Part shown: piece by piece, positions 10,363 through 21,147 of the stretch | Layout: the number at the start of each line of letters is the position of its first letter | How positions within the stretch are numbered: position 1 is the stretch's first letter | Origin: a virus | IMG/VR virus record: IMGVR_UViG_3300020463_002275 | Span: 117,935-181,934 of that record | Length of the DNA: 64,000 bases | Reading direction: 5' to 3' (one strand) | The notes under the pieces: model-generated | Told to the model about the DNA's origin: nothing | Database searches by the model: none | Seen by the model: only the letters and a program-made list of their open reading frames with translations | Made by a program: the position numbers and the translations under genes

Positions 10363-11091
10363 ATGAGTCAATATGCAGGAAATGATGTAACAAATGTAAC
10401 TGGAAACATTGACGGTAGATATCTGTATGCACTACGCAGAACAGACCAAGGCGAATTATTTTTTACTAAAATTGATCAGATGGATTCAAACGCAAGTATA
10501 CAAATTAATAAACCTGGAGACCCACAACAAAATTACAATGATTTTGAACAAGGTATAGACTTCTACGAAGGTAGAGACCAAAATCATGAAATTGTTTATC
10601 CTAATTTAAATTACGAACAACTAAGATGGGATAATAGACATATTAATTACTATATAAATGCAGATGGAGAATTTATACTTAAATTTAACGAACATCATGA
10701 TTACTCGACAGATGTAAGCAGTGATGGATTAACAGATTACAATAAAAACTTTTATCAAGTTACTGTTGCTACTGGAACTAATTCATATGGAACAGGAAAC
10801 AAATATTATTTTAACGGAATTACAAGTCCAACATTAAATTTATATGAAGGTCAAACTTATACGTTTGGACAAAGTAATTCAACAAATTCAACTCATCCTT
10901 TGAGATTATCTACCACACCAAATGGAACACATGCTGGTGGAGTAGAATATACAAATGGTGTAACAGTATTAGGCGTTCCCGGCGTCGAAGGTAGTTATGT
11001 GAAGTTTAAGGTGCCAGTAAATGCACCAACTCTGTACTATTACTGTACTCAACATCCGGGTATGGGCGGACAAATAAATACACTTACATAA
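10363..11091 (+). CDS. Virion-associated protein with C-terminal cupredoxin-like (type-1 Cu) domain
   Basis: SD AAGGAG; PTLNLYEGQTYTF...THPL...LYYYCTQHPGMGG gives a His/Cys/His/Met ligand set. Confidence 0.65.
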   Translation: MSQYAGNDVTNVTGNIDGRYLYALRRTDQGELFFTKIDQMDSNASIQINKPGDPQQNYNDFEQGIDFYEGRDQNHEIVYPNLNYEQLRWDNRHINYYINADGEFILKFNEHHDYSTDVSSDGLTDYNKNFYQVTVATGTNSYGTGNKYYFNGITSPTLNLYEGQTYTFGQSNSTNSTHPLRLSTTPNGTHAGGVEYTNGVTVLGVPGVEGSYVKFKVPVNAPTLYYYCTQHPGMGGQINTLT

Positions 11092-11110
11092 TTAGTGGAC
11101 AGGAAAAACA

Positions 11111-14100
11111 ATGGCAGAATTTAGAATTGATAGAATTAGATTTAACTGGAAAGGTCCATGGGTTACCGGCACAGCATATAGAAAAGATGATGTTATAAGT
11201 TATGGTGGTAAAGTTTTTGTTGCTTTACAAGGACACACAGCAAGTGCAGACTTCAACACAGACTTAGACTTTCTTGTAGCAGGAGAATCAACACCTAAAT
11301 GGGAACAAATGGGTGATGGTAAAGCATGGCAAGGCGATTGGCAACCAGAAGCATTCTATAAAGTAAATGATGTTGTAAAATATAGAGGTATAATTTATGT
11401 CTGTATTGATAGTCATACAAGTGCTTCTACACTAAGTTCTGGATTAGAGAATGATGATGGTAAATGGTCTCCTTTTGCTAAAGGAACAAACTATCTTGCA
11501 TTATGGACTGCAAGTACAATTTATAAGAAAAATGATTTAATTAAATATGGTGGTCAACTTTATAGTTGTCTAGTAGACCATACAAGTAGTACAGTTGAAC
11601 AAGGTTTAGAAGCAGATCAATCTAAATGGGCAACATATAATAGAAGTGATAATTGGCAAGGTGCTTGGTTAGAAAATACAAGATACAAAGTTGATGATAT
11701 TGTACGTTACGGAGGTAATGTATATCGTTGTATTGTTGGGCATACAAGTAATAGTGATATTAGAGAAGGTATTGGTTCTGATTTAGGTGACGACTCAACA
11801 GCGGCAAAGTGGGAACTAGTTGTTGAAGGTATTGAATACAAAGGTGACTGGTCAGGAGCACAATGGTATAAAACAAATGATATTGTGAGATTTGGACCAA
11901 ACTTGTACAAAGCAAAACGCGGTATGAGTGGTACAGACACATTTAATGATACTGCTGATTGGGACATATGGTTACCAGGTTTAGGATTTGAAGAAATATG
12001 GAATCCTAACGAAGCATATCAACCAGGAGATATAGTACAGTACGGAGGATATACCTATACTGCGTTAACTATTAACATTGGTTCAAATCCAAGTGCATTT
12101 GGCTTAGAACAAGATGGCGTAGGTGCTGACTGGGAAGTACTTATACGTGGATACAAAATGAAAGGCGAATGGGATATAAGCAATAATTATGCTCCAGGTA
12201 GTGTTATACGCAAGGGCGGATACTTGTACGAAGCGTTAGTTAATATTTTAGCAAATGAAGTTATTGAACCAGGCGACCCAGATACAGATACATCATCAAA
12301 ATGGAAATTACTTGTAACAGGTATTGCTTGGAAAGGTGAATGGAAAGAATCTCAAGGCACAGGAGAAGATAGTTCATTCTTCCAATATTATCCAGGTGAA
12401 GTTGTAATGGACGAAAGTGAAACTTACATTTGTAAAAAGCAACATTACAGTAATCTATATGAATCAAGACCGAGAATTGATACAGATACACTAACTGGTA
12501 ACGATTATTACTGGACAAAATATATGGGTAATAACGAAAGTAGTGCGACAAATAACGTGCTACGTTACAGAGGTGATGTTAGAACATATGCAACTAAAGA
12601 TGATGGAAGTACATTAGGAACAGCAAGATTAGCAATAGGAAATTCAGGTGAACTGTTAAAAGTCGACGAAGATACTACATTAAAATATGAAAACTTATTT
12701 GAAATTAATAAGGTTTGGTATGTAAGTACACAAGGTGAAGATTTACCTACGTCAGGTAAAAACCCAGCAACACCTTTTAAAACAATTAAGTATGCACTAC
12801 AATTTTTACAAGGTAATTTAGCAGAAAGAACTCCTGCTACAGTATTTGTTGGAACTGGTGCATATAAAGAATTACTGCCAATGGTTATTCCAAAAGACGT
12901 TGCTGTTGTTGGTGACGAATTGCGTTCAACTGTTGTAATGCCGGCAGATGGATATGAATTAGACAACATGTTTTACATGCACAACGGTTCGGGATTACGT
13001 AATTTGACATTACAAGGTCTAACAGGAACACTAGGCCAACCAAATGATAATTTAACAAGAAGACCAACAGCAGGTGCTTATGTTTCATTAGATCCAGCAA
13101 CTGGTCCTGCTGATACTTATGCACATATATCAACAAAATCACCATATGTACAAAACGTTACAACTTTTGGAACAGGGTGCATAGGAATGAAAGTTGATGG
13201 AGACTTACACAGCACAGGAAACAAATCAATTGTTGCTAACGACTTTACACAAATCTTAAGTGATGGTATAGGTTATTGGGCAAACGGTGATGGTAAATCA
13301 GAACTTGTGTCTGTGTTTACTTACTATTGTCATATTGGATATCTTGCAACTGCTGGTGGTAAAGTTCGTGCATTGAATGGTAACAACTCATACGGAGAGT
13401 ATGGTTGTGTTGCTGAAGGATACGACATTGACGAAGTTCCTATTACCGGAACAGTAAACAACAGAAGTAAAGAAGCACAAGTTTATCAAACTTATACAGA
13501 CAATAATGAAGTGCATGGTGTTGCGTATACACACGCAGGTGAAGGTTATACAAATGCAACAATGACAGTAACAGGAAATGGTCAAGGAGCAAGTGCAATT
13601 TTTAATGAATTTAGAAATGGTGCAGTAAGACAAGTATTTGTTACAGAAGAAGATTCAAACTTTATTGGTGGTAGTAATTATACATTTAAAGCAAACAAAG
13701 CACAAATTGGTACTACAACTACGTTAACACTTAGTGGAGCAGAAGATACAACTGATCCTGCAGATTACATCGGACAACGATTGTTTATATATGCAGGTAA
13801 AGGTGCTGGACAATATGGTAGAATTTCCGACTACAATACTGTTAGTAAAATTGCTTCTGTAGAAAAAGAAGTAAACGGAGAACCAGGCTGGGAACATGTT
13901 GTTGGTCAACCTATACAATCATCATTAAATGATACATCTCGTTATTACATTGAGCCAAGAGCAGTAATTTCAGAACCTTCTTATCAAATACAAACACTAG
14001 GTTTAGGTGGAACAACACCGGCTTGGAACGATATTATTAGAGGAACGTATAGCGGTCAAGATATTTGGGTAGCAGGTCATCCTGATGGTGTTAGTATTAG

Positions 14101-16024
14101 TACAGACGGAAATGGTTGGTCTCATACAGATAGAACTGGTAAAGGCGGATTTGTTGCTATTGGTTCCGGTGCTATTGCATTAGTTAACCCAGATGGAAAT
14201 GTAAACACAGGTTCTCAAAGTTCAGACGGTGGTGCTACTTGGAATGATACAACTTGTGGTCTAAGTGCAACAAACACACTTACAGGACTAGCAGGACAAG
14301 ATACTGTAAGTACCTTTATGGTAGGTACATATATCGACTCAGGAGGTCCATCAACTGGTGTAATTAGATCAACAGATGGTGGTAACAGTTGGGGTGCAGG
14401 CGGAACTTTACCAAACGCTGATTATTATACAGACGTTACTTATGGTAATGGAAAATTTGTAGCCATTGCAGGTACAGCGGCTAATCCAAGTAATAATGCG
14501 GCATATTCGACAGACGATGGTTCAAATTGGACAGCAGTAACTCTTCCAGCAACAAGTGCTTGGTCAAAAATTATATATGCTAAAGATAGATTTGTTGCAA
14601 TGACAGCAAAAACAGATAGTAGTACAGCAGAAACAGCAGTAAGTCATGACGGTATTACGTGGCATGCAGGAAGTATAGAACCAGGTGAATGGACTGGATT
14701 AGGATATGCACAAGGAACATTCTGTGCAGTCAAAAGTGATACAGGATCTCAATCAGATGTTGTTGCGTTTAGTAGAGACGGATATCATTGGAAAACAAAA
14801 TTATTACCAGCAGGGTTTGAAACTCGTGCAGGTGTAGCAGGTGCAAGCACATCAAGTGATTGGATTGTTTTAACATCAGGTGAATCAAACGCTGATAAAA
14901 TTACATATGGTACACAAGCACTTTGTAGACCAATTGTTGGTAGCGGAAGAATTGGAACATTTGTTTTGCATGAGCCAGGTGCTGGTTATACTGGCAATCC
15001 TACTGTAATTGTACATGATAATAAAAATGCATTAGATGTAACAACACGAGCAGAAGTTGCAAATGGAGTATTACCTCAACCCACTATGCAGAACAAAGGT
15101 ACTGGTTACTTTAGATCATCAGCAGAAGTAACAGCAGGTGATGGTTATGCGGAAATTTTACAAATTGCAGATGAACTAATTTTAGAAAATATTAGTAAAG
15201 TTCCAGGACCTGGAGATAATATTAGTATTACAGGAATTGACGGAGTAACGTACTTTGTTGTTAAAATAAAAGAACAGACAGGTATTCTAGGAAATTACAA
15301 TTTAAAATTACAAATTAGTCCAAACTTAGGACGACAAGAAGCACCAGTGCATGGTGAAAGTATAATTATTAGACAACAATATAGTCAAATACGTCTAACA
15401 GGACATGATTTCTTAGACATAGGTACTGGTAACTTTAGTAGAACAAATTATCCAGGACTCTATGTATTTGGTTATAATCCAGATGAAAATGCAGAGCCAA
15501 AACAATTTAACGAAGTTTTACAATACGATGGCGGTCGTGTTTTCTACACAAGTACTGACCAAGATGGTAACTTTAGAGTAGGTGAACTATTTGAAGTTGA
15601 ACAGTCAACAGGTACAATTAGCATTAATGCTAGTTTCTTTGAACTTGACGGTCTTGAAGAACTTAGACTTGGTGGTGTTGTATTAGGTGGTACAGGAGCA
15701 GTTATTAGAGAATTTAGTACAGATCCAACATTTGCGGCAAATTCTAACAATATTGTACCAACACAGAGAGCAATCGGCAAATATGTAACAGCAAGAGTAT
15801 CATCAGGTGGATCAGATCTTAAAGTTAACAGGCTAAATGCTGGTAATATTAGTTTTGAAGGTAACAAAATCTTTAAACCTTTAGGCGGAACTATTACATT
15901 TAATGCCCCAGTAAGTATTCAGGGCGGAGCAGGAACAGTTGGTGGTGATATGGCGGCACAAGCATACTTTTCAGCAGGTAGTCCTGATGCACCAGGTGGA
16001 TTTCCGGGAATGGGCGATGATTAA
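11111..16024 (+). CDS. Long fibre protein, family B copy 1 (8 CBM5/12-like repeats, beta-helix-like domain, Asp-box propeller insert)
   Basis: Repeats W-x5-Y-x2-D-V-V-x-Y-G-G-x2-Y-x-C-x3-H; Asp-boxes SSDGGATW, STDGGNSW, STDDGSNW; paralog of 16063..21135. Confidence 0.75.
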   Translation: MAEFRIDRIRFNWKGPWVTGTAYRKDDVISYGGKVFVALQGHTASADFNTDLDFLVAGESTPKWEQMGDGKAWQGDWQPEAFYKVNDVVKYRGIIYVCIDSHTSASTLSSGLENDDGKWSPFAKGTNYLALWTASTIYKKNDLIKYGGQLYSCLVDHTSSTVEQGLEADQSKWATYNRSDNWQGAWLENTRYKVDDIVRYGGNVYRCIVGHTSNSDIREGIGSDLGDDSTAAKWELVVEGIEYKGDWSGAQWYKTNDIVRFGPNLYKAKRGMSGTDTFNDTADWDIWLPGLGFEEIWNPNEAYQPGDIVQYGGYTYTALTINIGSNPSAFGLEQDGVGADWEVLIRGYKMKGEWDISNNYAPGSVIRKGGYLYEALVNILANEVIEPGDPDTDTSSKWKLLVTGIAWKGEWKESQGTGEDSSFFQYYPGEVVMDESETYICKKQHYSNLYESRPRIDTDTLTGNDYYWTKYMGNNESSATNNVLRYRGDVRTYATKDDGSTLGTARLAIGNSGELLKVDEDTTLKYENLFEINKVWYVSTQGEDLPTSGKNPATPFKTIKYALQFLQGNLAERTPATVFVGTGAYKELLPMVIPKDVAVVGDELRSTVVMPADGYELDNMFYMHNGSGLRNLTLQGLTGTLGQPNDNLTRRPTAGAYVSLDPATGPADTYAHISTKSPYVQNVTTFGTGCIGMKVDGDLHSTGNKSIVANDFTQILSDGIGYWANGDGKSELVSVFTYYCHIGYLATAGGKVRALNGNNSYGEYGCVAEGYDIDEVPITGTVNNRSKEAQVYQTYTDNNEVHGVAYTHAGEGYTNATMTVTGNGQGASAIFNEFRNGAVRQVFVTEEDSNFIGGSNYTFKANKAQIGTTTTLTLSGAEDTTDPADYIGQRLFIYAGKGAGQYGRISDYNTVSKIASVEKEVNGEPGWEHVVGQPIQSSLNDTSRYYIEPRAVISEPSYQIQTLGLGGTTPAWNDIIRGTYSGQDIWVAGHPDGVSISTDGNGWSHTDRTGKGGFVAIGSGAIALVNPDGNVNTGSQSSDGGATWNDTTCGLSATNTLTGLAGQDTVSTFMVGTYIDSGGPSTGVIRSTDGGNSWGAGGTLPNADYYTDVTYGNGKFVAIAGTAANPSNNAAYSTDDGSNWTAVTLPATSAWSKIIYAKDRFVAMTAKTDSSTAETAVSHDGITWHAGSIEPGEWTGLGYAQGTFCAVKSDTGSQSDVVAFSRDGYHWKTKLLPAGFETRAGVAGASTSSDWIVLTSGESNADKITYGTQALCRPIVGSGRIGTFVLHEPGAGYTGNPTVIVHDNKNALDVTTRAEVANGVLPQPTMQNKGTGYFRSSAEVTAGDGYAEILQIADELILENISKVPGPGDNISITGIDGVTYFVVKIKEQTGILGNYNLKLQISPNLGRQEAPVHGESIIIRQQYSQIRLTGHDFLDIGTGNFSRTNYPGLYVFGYNPDENAEPKQFNEVLQYDGGRVFYTSTDQDGNFRVGELFEVEQSTGTISINASFFELDGLEELRLGGVVLGGTGAVIREFSTDPTFAANSNNIVPTQRAIGKYVTARVSSGGSDLKVNRLNAGNISFEGNKIFKPLGGTITFNAPVSIQGGAGTVGGDMAAQAYFSAGSPDAPGGFPGMGDD

Positions 16025-16031
16025 AGATAAT

Positions 16032-16039
16032 GATAAATA
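16032..16039 (+). promoter_or_regulatory. Late-like promoter GATAAATA
   Basis: Intergenic, upstream of SD GGAG and ATG 16063. Confidence 0.6.
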
Positions 16040-16062
16040 TAACGTATACGGTGGAGTAACCA

Positions 16063-19000
16063 ATGGCAGAATTTAAATTAGGTAGAATTAGATTTATTTG
16101 GAAAGACGAATGGTCTGAAGCAACCACTTACTACAAAGATGACGTGGTAAGATATGGCGGTAAAACGTTTATGTGTGTAGTAGGACACATAGCCCAAACT
16201 GACTTTATGTTGGATTTAAATAATTCTACACCTAAGTGGCAACAGTTTGCAGACGGTCAAACTTGGAGAGGTGACTGGGCAACTGGTGCAGTTTATAGAA
16301 TTAATGATATTGTAAAATATGGCGGACAACTTTACATTTGTAACACAGGACACATTTCAGACGCAAGTGCCATTGGCGGTTTGGAAAGTAATCTAGGTGA
16401 TGATAGTACTGCAACATTTTGGGATTTATACGGTGAGGGCTTCGACTACAAAGGCAACTGGGCAATCAACACACGTTATAAAGTAAATGATATTGTAAAA
16501 TATGGATCTAGAATTTATATTTGTACAACTTTTCATGTAAGTGCTCCGAACACTACATCAGGATTAGAATTAAATCAAGCATCATGGGATATTATCAGTG
16601 ATGGCTTCATGTGGAAAACAGATTGGACAACTGGTACACGTTACATAGTAGGCGACTTAGTTAAATATGGCGGACAAGTTTATTCATGTAATACTGGACA
16701 TACTTCAGCGGCAACAGGTACAATTGGACTTGAAGCAGATCAAGCAAAGTGGGATTATTTCCATAAAGGTATTGAATACTTAGGCGAGTGGGCAAGCGGA
16801 TATAGATATAAAATTAATGACGTTGTAAAAGATTCCGGTGGATTATGGATTTGTACAACTTATCATACTTCAACTGTTGCGGCAGATTTAAAAACTGATG
16901 AAGCAAACTGGGCACAATTTGTTCCAGGATTAGAATTTGAAGATAGTTGGGGACCTTATTCAGACTATCAACCAGGTGACATTGTAACATACGGTGGATA
17001 CACTTATGTTGCAAAAACAAATAACACAGAAAAACATCCAACAGATAATCCAAGTGACTGGGACGTATTTGCAACTGGATTCAATTTAAGAGGCGACTAT
17101 GGAGATGATAGTGCAAACCAAGATTATAGAACAGGTGATGTAGTTAGAGTAGGTGGATTTACTTATCTTGCTATTGCAAATTCAAACGGTGTTAGACCGC
17201 CTAATACAACATATTGGGAAAAATTAAATGAAGGTGCAAATTGGAGAAACACTTGGACTGACGCAACATATTATGACTTAGGCGATACTGTTCAACAAGG
17301 TGTGAATAGTTATATTGCAATACAATCACATACTTCAAGCAATGGAGTAAATGATCCTGCTAACGACACAGGCGGATTATTTTGGAACTTTATGAGTGGT
17401 GGTGCTGAATCAGGCAACTTAACAACTGTTGGTGACATTGTTTACTACGGTGGTTCAGGTCCAGTAAGGTTACCAGTTGGTAAACCAGGACAAGTTTTAA
17501 AAGTTAACGATGCACAAACTGCACCTGAATGGACATACTTTGGATCAGTAAATCATGTTTATTATGTAGATACAGCAAGTGGTGTAGACGGTAAAACTCC
17601 AAACAGAGGTATTACATTAGACAGACCATTCAAGACAGTACGCTTTGCAACAGAACAAATTAGAGATGGCTCTGTGTATCAAAATGATAGAATTTTATTA
17701 GAAGCAAATAGATCTTTCTTACAAGCAGAAGCAACAGAATGGGTAACATATCAAATAGCAAATTCTATTGCACCGTTTGCAGGTTATACACACGATAAAG
17801 CAAAATGTGTAAGAGATATGGGACAACAAATAGATGCCGCCGCGTGGGATTTATCACATGGTGGTAATGTAAGATCACGTGAAGCGGCTCTTTCATATTT
17901 CAAAGGTGATGGTTCTAGTTATATTGCAGGACAAACAGGTCAAACTGTTGCAACAATCAACTACATGCTAAGTATTATACCAAACATTCTTGCAAAAACA
18001 GATCCTGCGGCAAATTACCAAGCACTAAACAGTGTTGCATCGCCAATTACACAACAAAAATTAACAGCATACGATCAAACACCAGGTACTGCTACGATTG
18101 TTGAAAACTTAATAAAACTTACAACAGCGGCAATTACAGCAGGAAACATAACTGGTGTTCCAGCAGAACTTCATGCACAAAAAACAATATTTGTAAAAAC
18201 TGGAGAATATGAAGAAGTACTTCCAATTATTATTCCAGAAGATGTTGCTATTGTTGGCGACGAATTACGTTCAACTAGAATTAAACCAGCACCAAGTCAA
18301 ACAAGTGCGGCAGACGTTCCAAAAAGTATTGCGGCTATAACAAGAATAGAGGCTGTAGTAAGTAATATCGTACAAAACGTAGCAATTACAAAATCAACAG
18401 GTAACAGTGCAACACAAGTTACAACAAGACCAGCAGGAAATGCAAGTGCAGGTACAGCAACAGCAGGCTTGTTTAGAGAACTTGCTGATTATATTGATTG
18501 GGGTGTTAACGGTGTTAGTGGAGATAGTTCAGAACCTGCAGTGCGTGGTACAAACACACCAGAAACATCAACAGGATATACATATGCTGTTGAAGTATTA
18601 GAAGCAAACAGAGACTTTATTATTGCAGAAGTACATGCTTATATTGCAGTAACTTATCCAAGTTACACATATACACTAGCGGCTTGTGCAAGAGATGTTA
18701 ACGCATATATTGATGGCGTCAAACATGATTTAATTTACAGTGGTAATTATAGAACATTACTAAACGGAAAATATTATGTACACTCAGTAGAAGGTAACTT
18801 GTTAAAAGATATGTTCTATGCACGTAACGGAACAGGTTTAAGAAACATGACATTTACAGGTTTAACTGGAACACTTAGTGGTGCTAATAGTTATGGAACT
18901 AAACGTCCTTCATCAGGTGCGTATGTTTCATTAGACCCAGGTTGGGGACCAGCACATACAGATGCATGGATTACTAACAAGTCACCTTACGTACAAAACG

Positions 19001-21135
19001 TAACTACATTCGGTACAGCATGTATTGGATTGAAAGTTGATGGTGATTTACATGATGGTGGTAATGATTCAATTGTTGCTAATGACTTTACACAAATTTT
19101 AAGTGACGGTATTGGTTATTGGGTTACAAACTTAGGTAGATCAGAACTTGTTTCTGTGTTTACATATTATAACCATATTGGTTACCTGGCAGAAAACGGT
19201 GGTAAGATTCGTGCTACAAACGGAAACAACTCATACGGAGACTTTGGTTCAGTTGCTGAAGGTATTGATATTACAGAAACACCAGTATTAGGTGTTGTTG
19301 ATAACCAACAACTTGAAGCACAAATTTCAAATGTTGTTACAGATGGCGCAAATGAAATATTACAACTAGAATATTCAAATGCTGGTACAGGATATACAAC
19401 GGAAGCAACTACTGCAATTCTAACACTTACTAATATTATTAATAATGATCCTCTTAGAAAAGCAGGAACATACAAAGGTATTACAGGGTCAAGTGCAGGT
19501 TCAGGTTCAGGACAAGAATTCGATATTGAAATAACTTCAGTTGGTGGTGTTGTACCAACAGTAATCAAAGGCGGTACTGGACATGCAATCAATGATACAA
19601 TAACAGTTAACGATTCACTACTAGGCGGTGGTGGCGCGGCTAACGTAACATTTGATGTTGAAACAATTGGTGCGGCAACAAGATATACGCTTGCAGGTGA
19701 AGGTTTTGGAGCGGCAGTAAATACACCAGTTGTACGTAATGGCGGTGTGTTTGAAGTACAACTTGATTCAGATTCAAGTGTATACGGCGGTGCTGGATTT
19801 GTTACTATTGCTTCTAATGCACAAGCAGGAAACACTACACAAATTACACTAGCGGCTACTGATATTAATCCAACAGGCACATACAACGGCATGATGATTT
19901 ATCTTTTAAGTGGACTAGGTGCAGGACAATATGGTGTTATTTCAGCATTTAACGCGGCAACAAAAATTGCAACTATTGTAAAAGAGTCAGATGGTACAGC
20001 GGGCTTTGAACATATTAAAGGTTCATCGATTGCGGCCACACTAGATGCAACAACAGCATATGATATTACTCCAAGAGTAATATTTACAGCACCTACAAGT
20101 GGAACACGAGCAAGAGGTAGAGCAAGAGTTGCAGATGAAAAAGTTGTTGAAGTTAAAATTATTGAACCAGGTAGCGGTTATACTGTTGCACCACAAATGA
20201 CAATAGTTGATCCAAGTCACACAATTATGGTACCACACTCAGTTAGAATTGGTAACGGTGTGTTAGCACAACCTACTTACTCCAATAGGGGTACAGGATT
20301 TATTACTGCGGCGGCAGAAGTTGTAGGTGATGGATTTGCAGATATTAGACAAAGTGGCACAAAAATTAGAATGGATGGCTTAGACGCTGTTCCTCAAAAA
20401 GGATCAAATGTAGAATTTGCAAGTTTACCAAACAGATGGTTCAAACTTGTAAGTGTTACAAATTTATTAGGTAATAGTCCATATAGTGCATTGCTACAAA
20501 TTAGTCCAGCATTATTAGCATCAGAAAGACCACCACACGATGACGTAATTACTATTAGAAGACGGTATTCACAGGTGCGTTTGACAGGACACGATTTCTT
20601 AGATATTGGTACAGGTAACTTTGCAAATACAAATTATCCAGGAACACCTTTAGTAGACCCACAACCAACATATGAAACTAATGATTTTGGTGGAGGAAGA
20701 GTGTTCTACACAAGTACAGACCAAGATGGTAACTTTAGAGTAGGTGGACTGTTTAACGTTGAGCAGGCTACTGGTATTGCAACATTGAATGTTGAAGCGT
20801 TTAATATTTCAGGATTGAACGAATTACAACTAGGTAGTGTTGCACTTGGTGGTGCAGGAGCAGTTATTACTGAATTTAGTACAGATGGTACGTTTAGTGC
20901 TGATAGTGATAATGTTGTTCCAACACAAAAAGCAATCAAAACATATATTACATCACAAATTGGTGGTGGTGTTGCTACACTTAACGTTAACAGTGTAACA
21001 GCAGGTGTGATTGAAGTAACTCAAAACCAAATATCAACGACAGACGGCGGTAGGATAAATATACTTAACGCAGTAAACTTTAAAGGCGGAATAGACGGTG
21101 CTCCAGTAGCATTAAGTATGTTCCTAAACAATTAA
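16063..21135 (+). CDS. Long fibre protein, family B copy 2 (8 CBM5/12-like repeats, beta-helix-like domain, two helical C-x-R-D inserts)
   Basis: MAEFKLGRIRF start matches ORF 11111; shared blocks KSPYVQNVTTFG and FYTSTDQDGNFRVG; inserts KAKCVRDMG and AACARDVN. Confidence 0.75.
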   Translation: MAEFKLGRIRFIWKDEWSEATTYYKDDVVRYGGKTFMCVVGHIAQTDFMLDLNNSTPKWQQFADGQTWRGDWATGAVYRINDIVKYGGQLYICNTGHISDASAIGGLESNLGDDSTATFWDLYGEGFDYKGNWAINTRYKVNDIVKYGSRIYICTTFHVSAPNTTSGLELNQASWDIISDGFMWKTDWTTGTRYIVGDLVKYGGQVYSCNTGHTSAATGTIGLEADQAKWDYFHKGIEYLGEWASGYRYKINDVVKDSGGLWICTTYHTSTVAADLKTDEANWAQFVPGLEFEDSWGPYSDYQPGDIVTYGGYTYVAKTNNTEKHPTDNPSDWDVFATGFNLRGDYGDDSANQDYRTGDVVRVGGFTYLAIANSNGVRPPNTTYWEKLNEGANWRNTWTDATYYDLGDTVQQGVNSYIAIQSHTSSNGVNDPANDTGGLFWNFMSGGAESGNLTTVGDIVYYGGSGPVRLPVGKPGQVLKVNDAQTAPEWTYFGSVNHVYYVDTASGVDGKTPNRGITLDRPFKTVRFATEQIRDGSVYQNDRILLEANRSFLQAEATEWVTYQIANSIAPFAGYTHDKAKCVRDMGQQIDAAAWDLSHGGNVRSREAALSYFKGDGSSYIAGQTGQTVATINYMLSIIPNILAKTDPAANYQALNSVASPITQQKLTAYDQTPGTATIVENLIKLTTAAITAGNITGVPAELHAQKTIFVKTGEYEEVLPIIIPEDVAIVGDELRSTRIKPAPSQTSAADVPKSIAAITRIEAVVSNIVQNVAITKSTGNSATQVTTRPAGNASAGTATAGLFRELADYIDWGVNGVSGDSSEPAVRGTNTPETSTGYTYAVEVLEANRDFIIAEVHAYIAVTYPSYTYTLAACARDVNAYIDGVKHDLIYSGNYRTLLNGKYYVHSVEGNLLKDMFYARNGTGLRNMTFTGLTGTLSGANSYGTKRPSSGAYVSLDPGWGPAHTDAWITNKSPYVQNVTTFGTACIGLKVDGDLHDGGNDSIVANDFTQILSDGIGYWVTNLGRSELVSVFTYYNHIGYLAENGGKIRATNGNNSYGDFGSVAEGIDITETPVLGVVDNQQLEAQISNVVTDGANEILQLEYSNAGTGYTTEATTAILTLTNIINNDPLRKAGTYKGITGSSAGSGSGQEFDIEITSVGGVVPTVIKGGTGHAINDTITVNDSLLGGGGAANVTFDVETIGAATRYTLAGEGFGAAVNTPVVRNGGVFEVQLDSDSSVYGGAGFVTIASNAQAGNTTQITLAATDINPTGTYNGMMIYLLSGLGAGQYGVISAFNAATKIATIVKESDGTAGFEHIKGSSIAATLDATTAYDITPRVIFTAPTSGTRARGRARVADEKVVEVKIIEPGSGYTVAPQMTIVDPSHTIMVPHSVRIGNGVLAQPTYSNRGTGFITAAAEVVGDGFADIRQSGTKIRMDGLDAVPQKGSNVEFASLPNRWFKLVSVTNLLGNSPYSALLQISPALLASERPPHDDVITIRRRYSQVRLTGHDFLDIGTGNFANTNYPGTPLVDPQPTYETNDFGGGRVFYTSTDQDGNFRVGGLFNVEQATGIATLNVEAFNISGLNELQLGSVALGGAGAVITEFSTDGTFSADSDNVVPTQKAIKTYITSQIGGGVATLNVNSVTAGVIEVTQNQISTTDGGRINILNAVNFKGGIDGAPVALSMFLNN

Positions 21136-21147
21136 CGGAGAAAGTAA

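Noticed and set aside
15380-20760. Near-identical 40-50 nt stretches shared by fibre paralogs (e.g. around 15541 and 20703)
   Set aside because: Explained by conserved protein motifs with synonymous differences. There is no invertase, reverse transcriptase or template/variable repeat pair in the window, so no shufflon or DGR is called.
272-20939. Many minus-strand ORFs (e.g. 272..703, 4163..4765, 19182..19892) opposite the fibre genes
   Set aside because: They are shadow frames of AT-rich, repeat-coding genes; no SD, promoter or recognisable motif.
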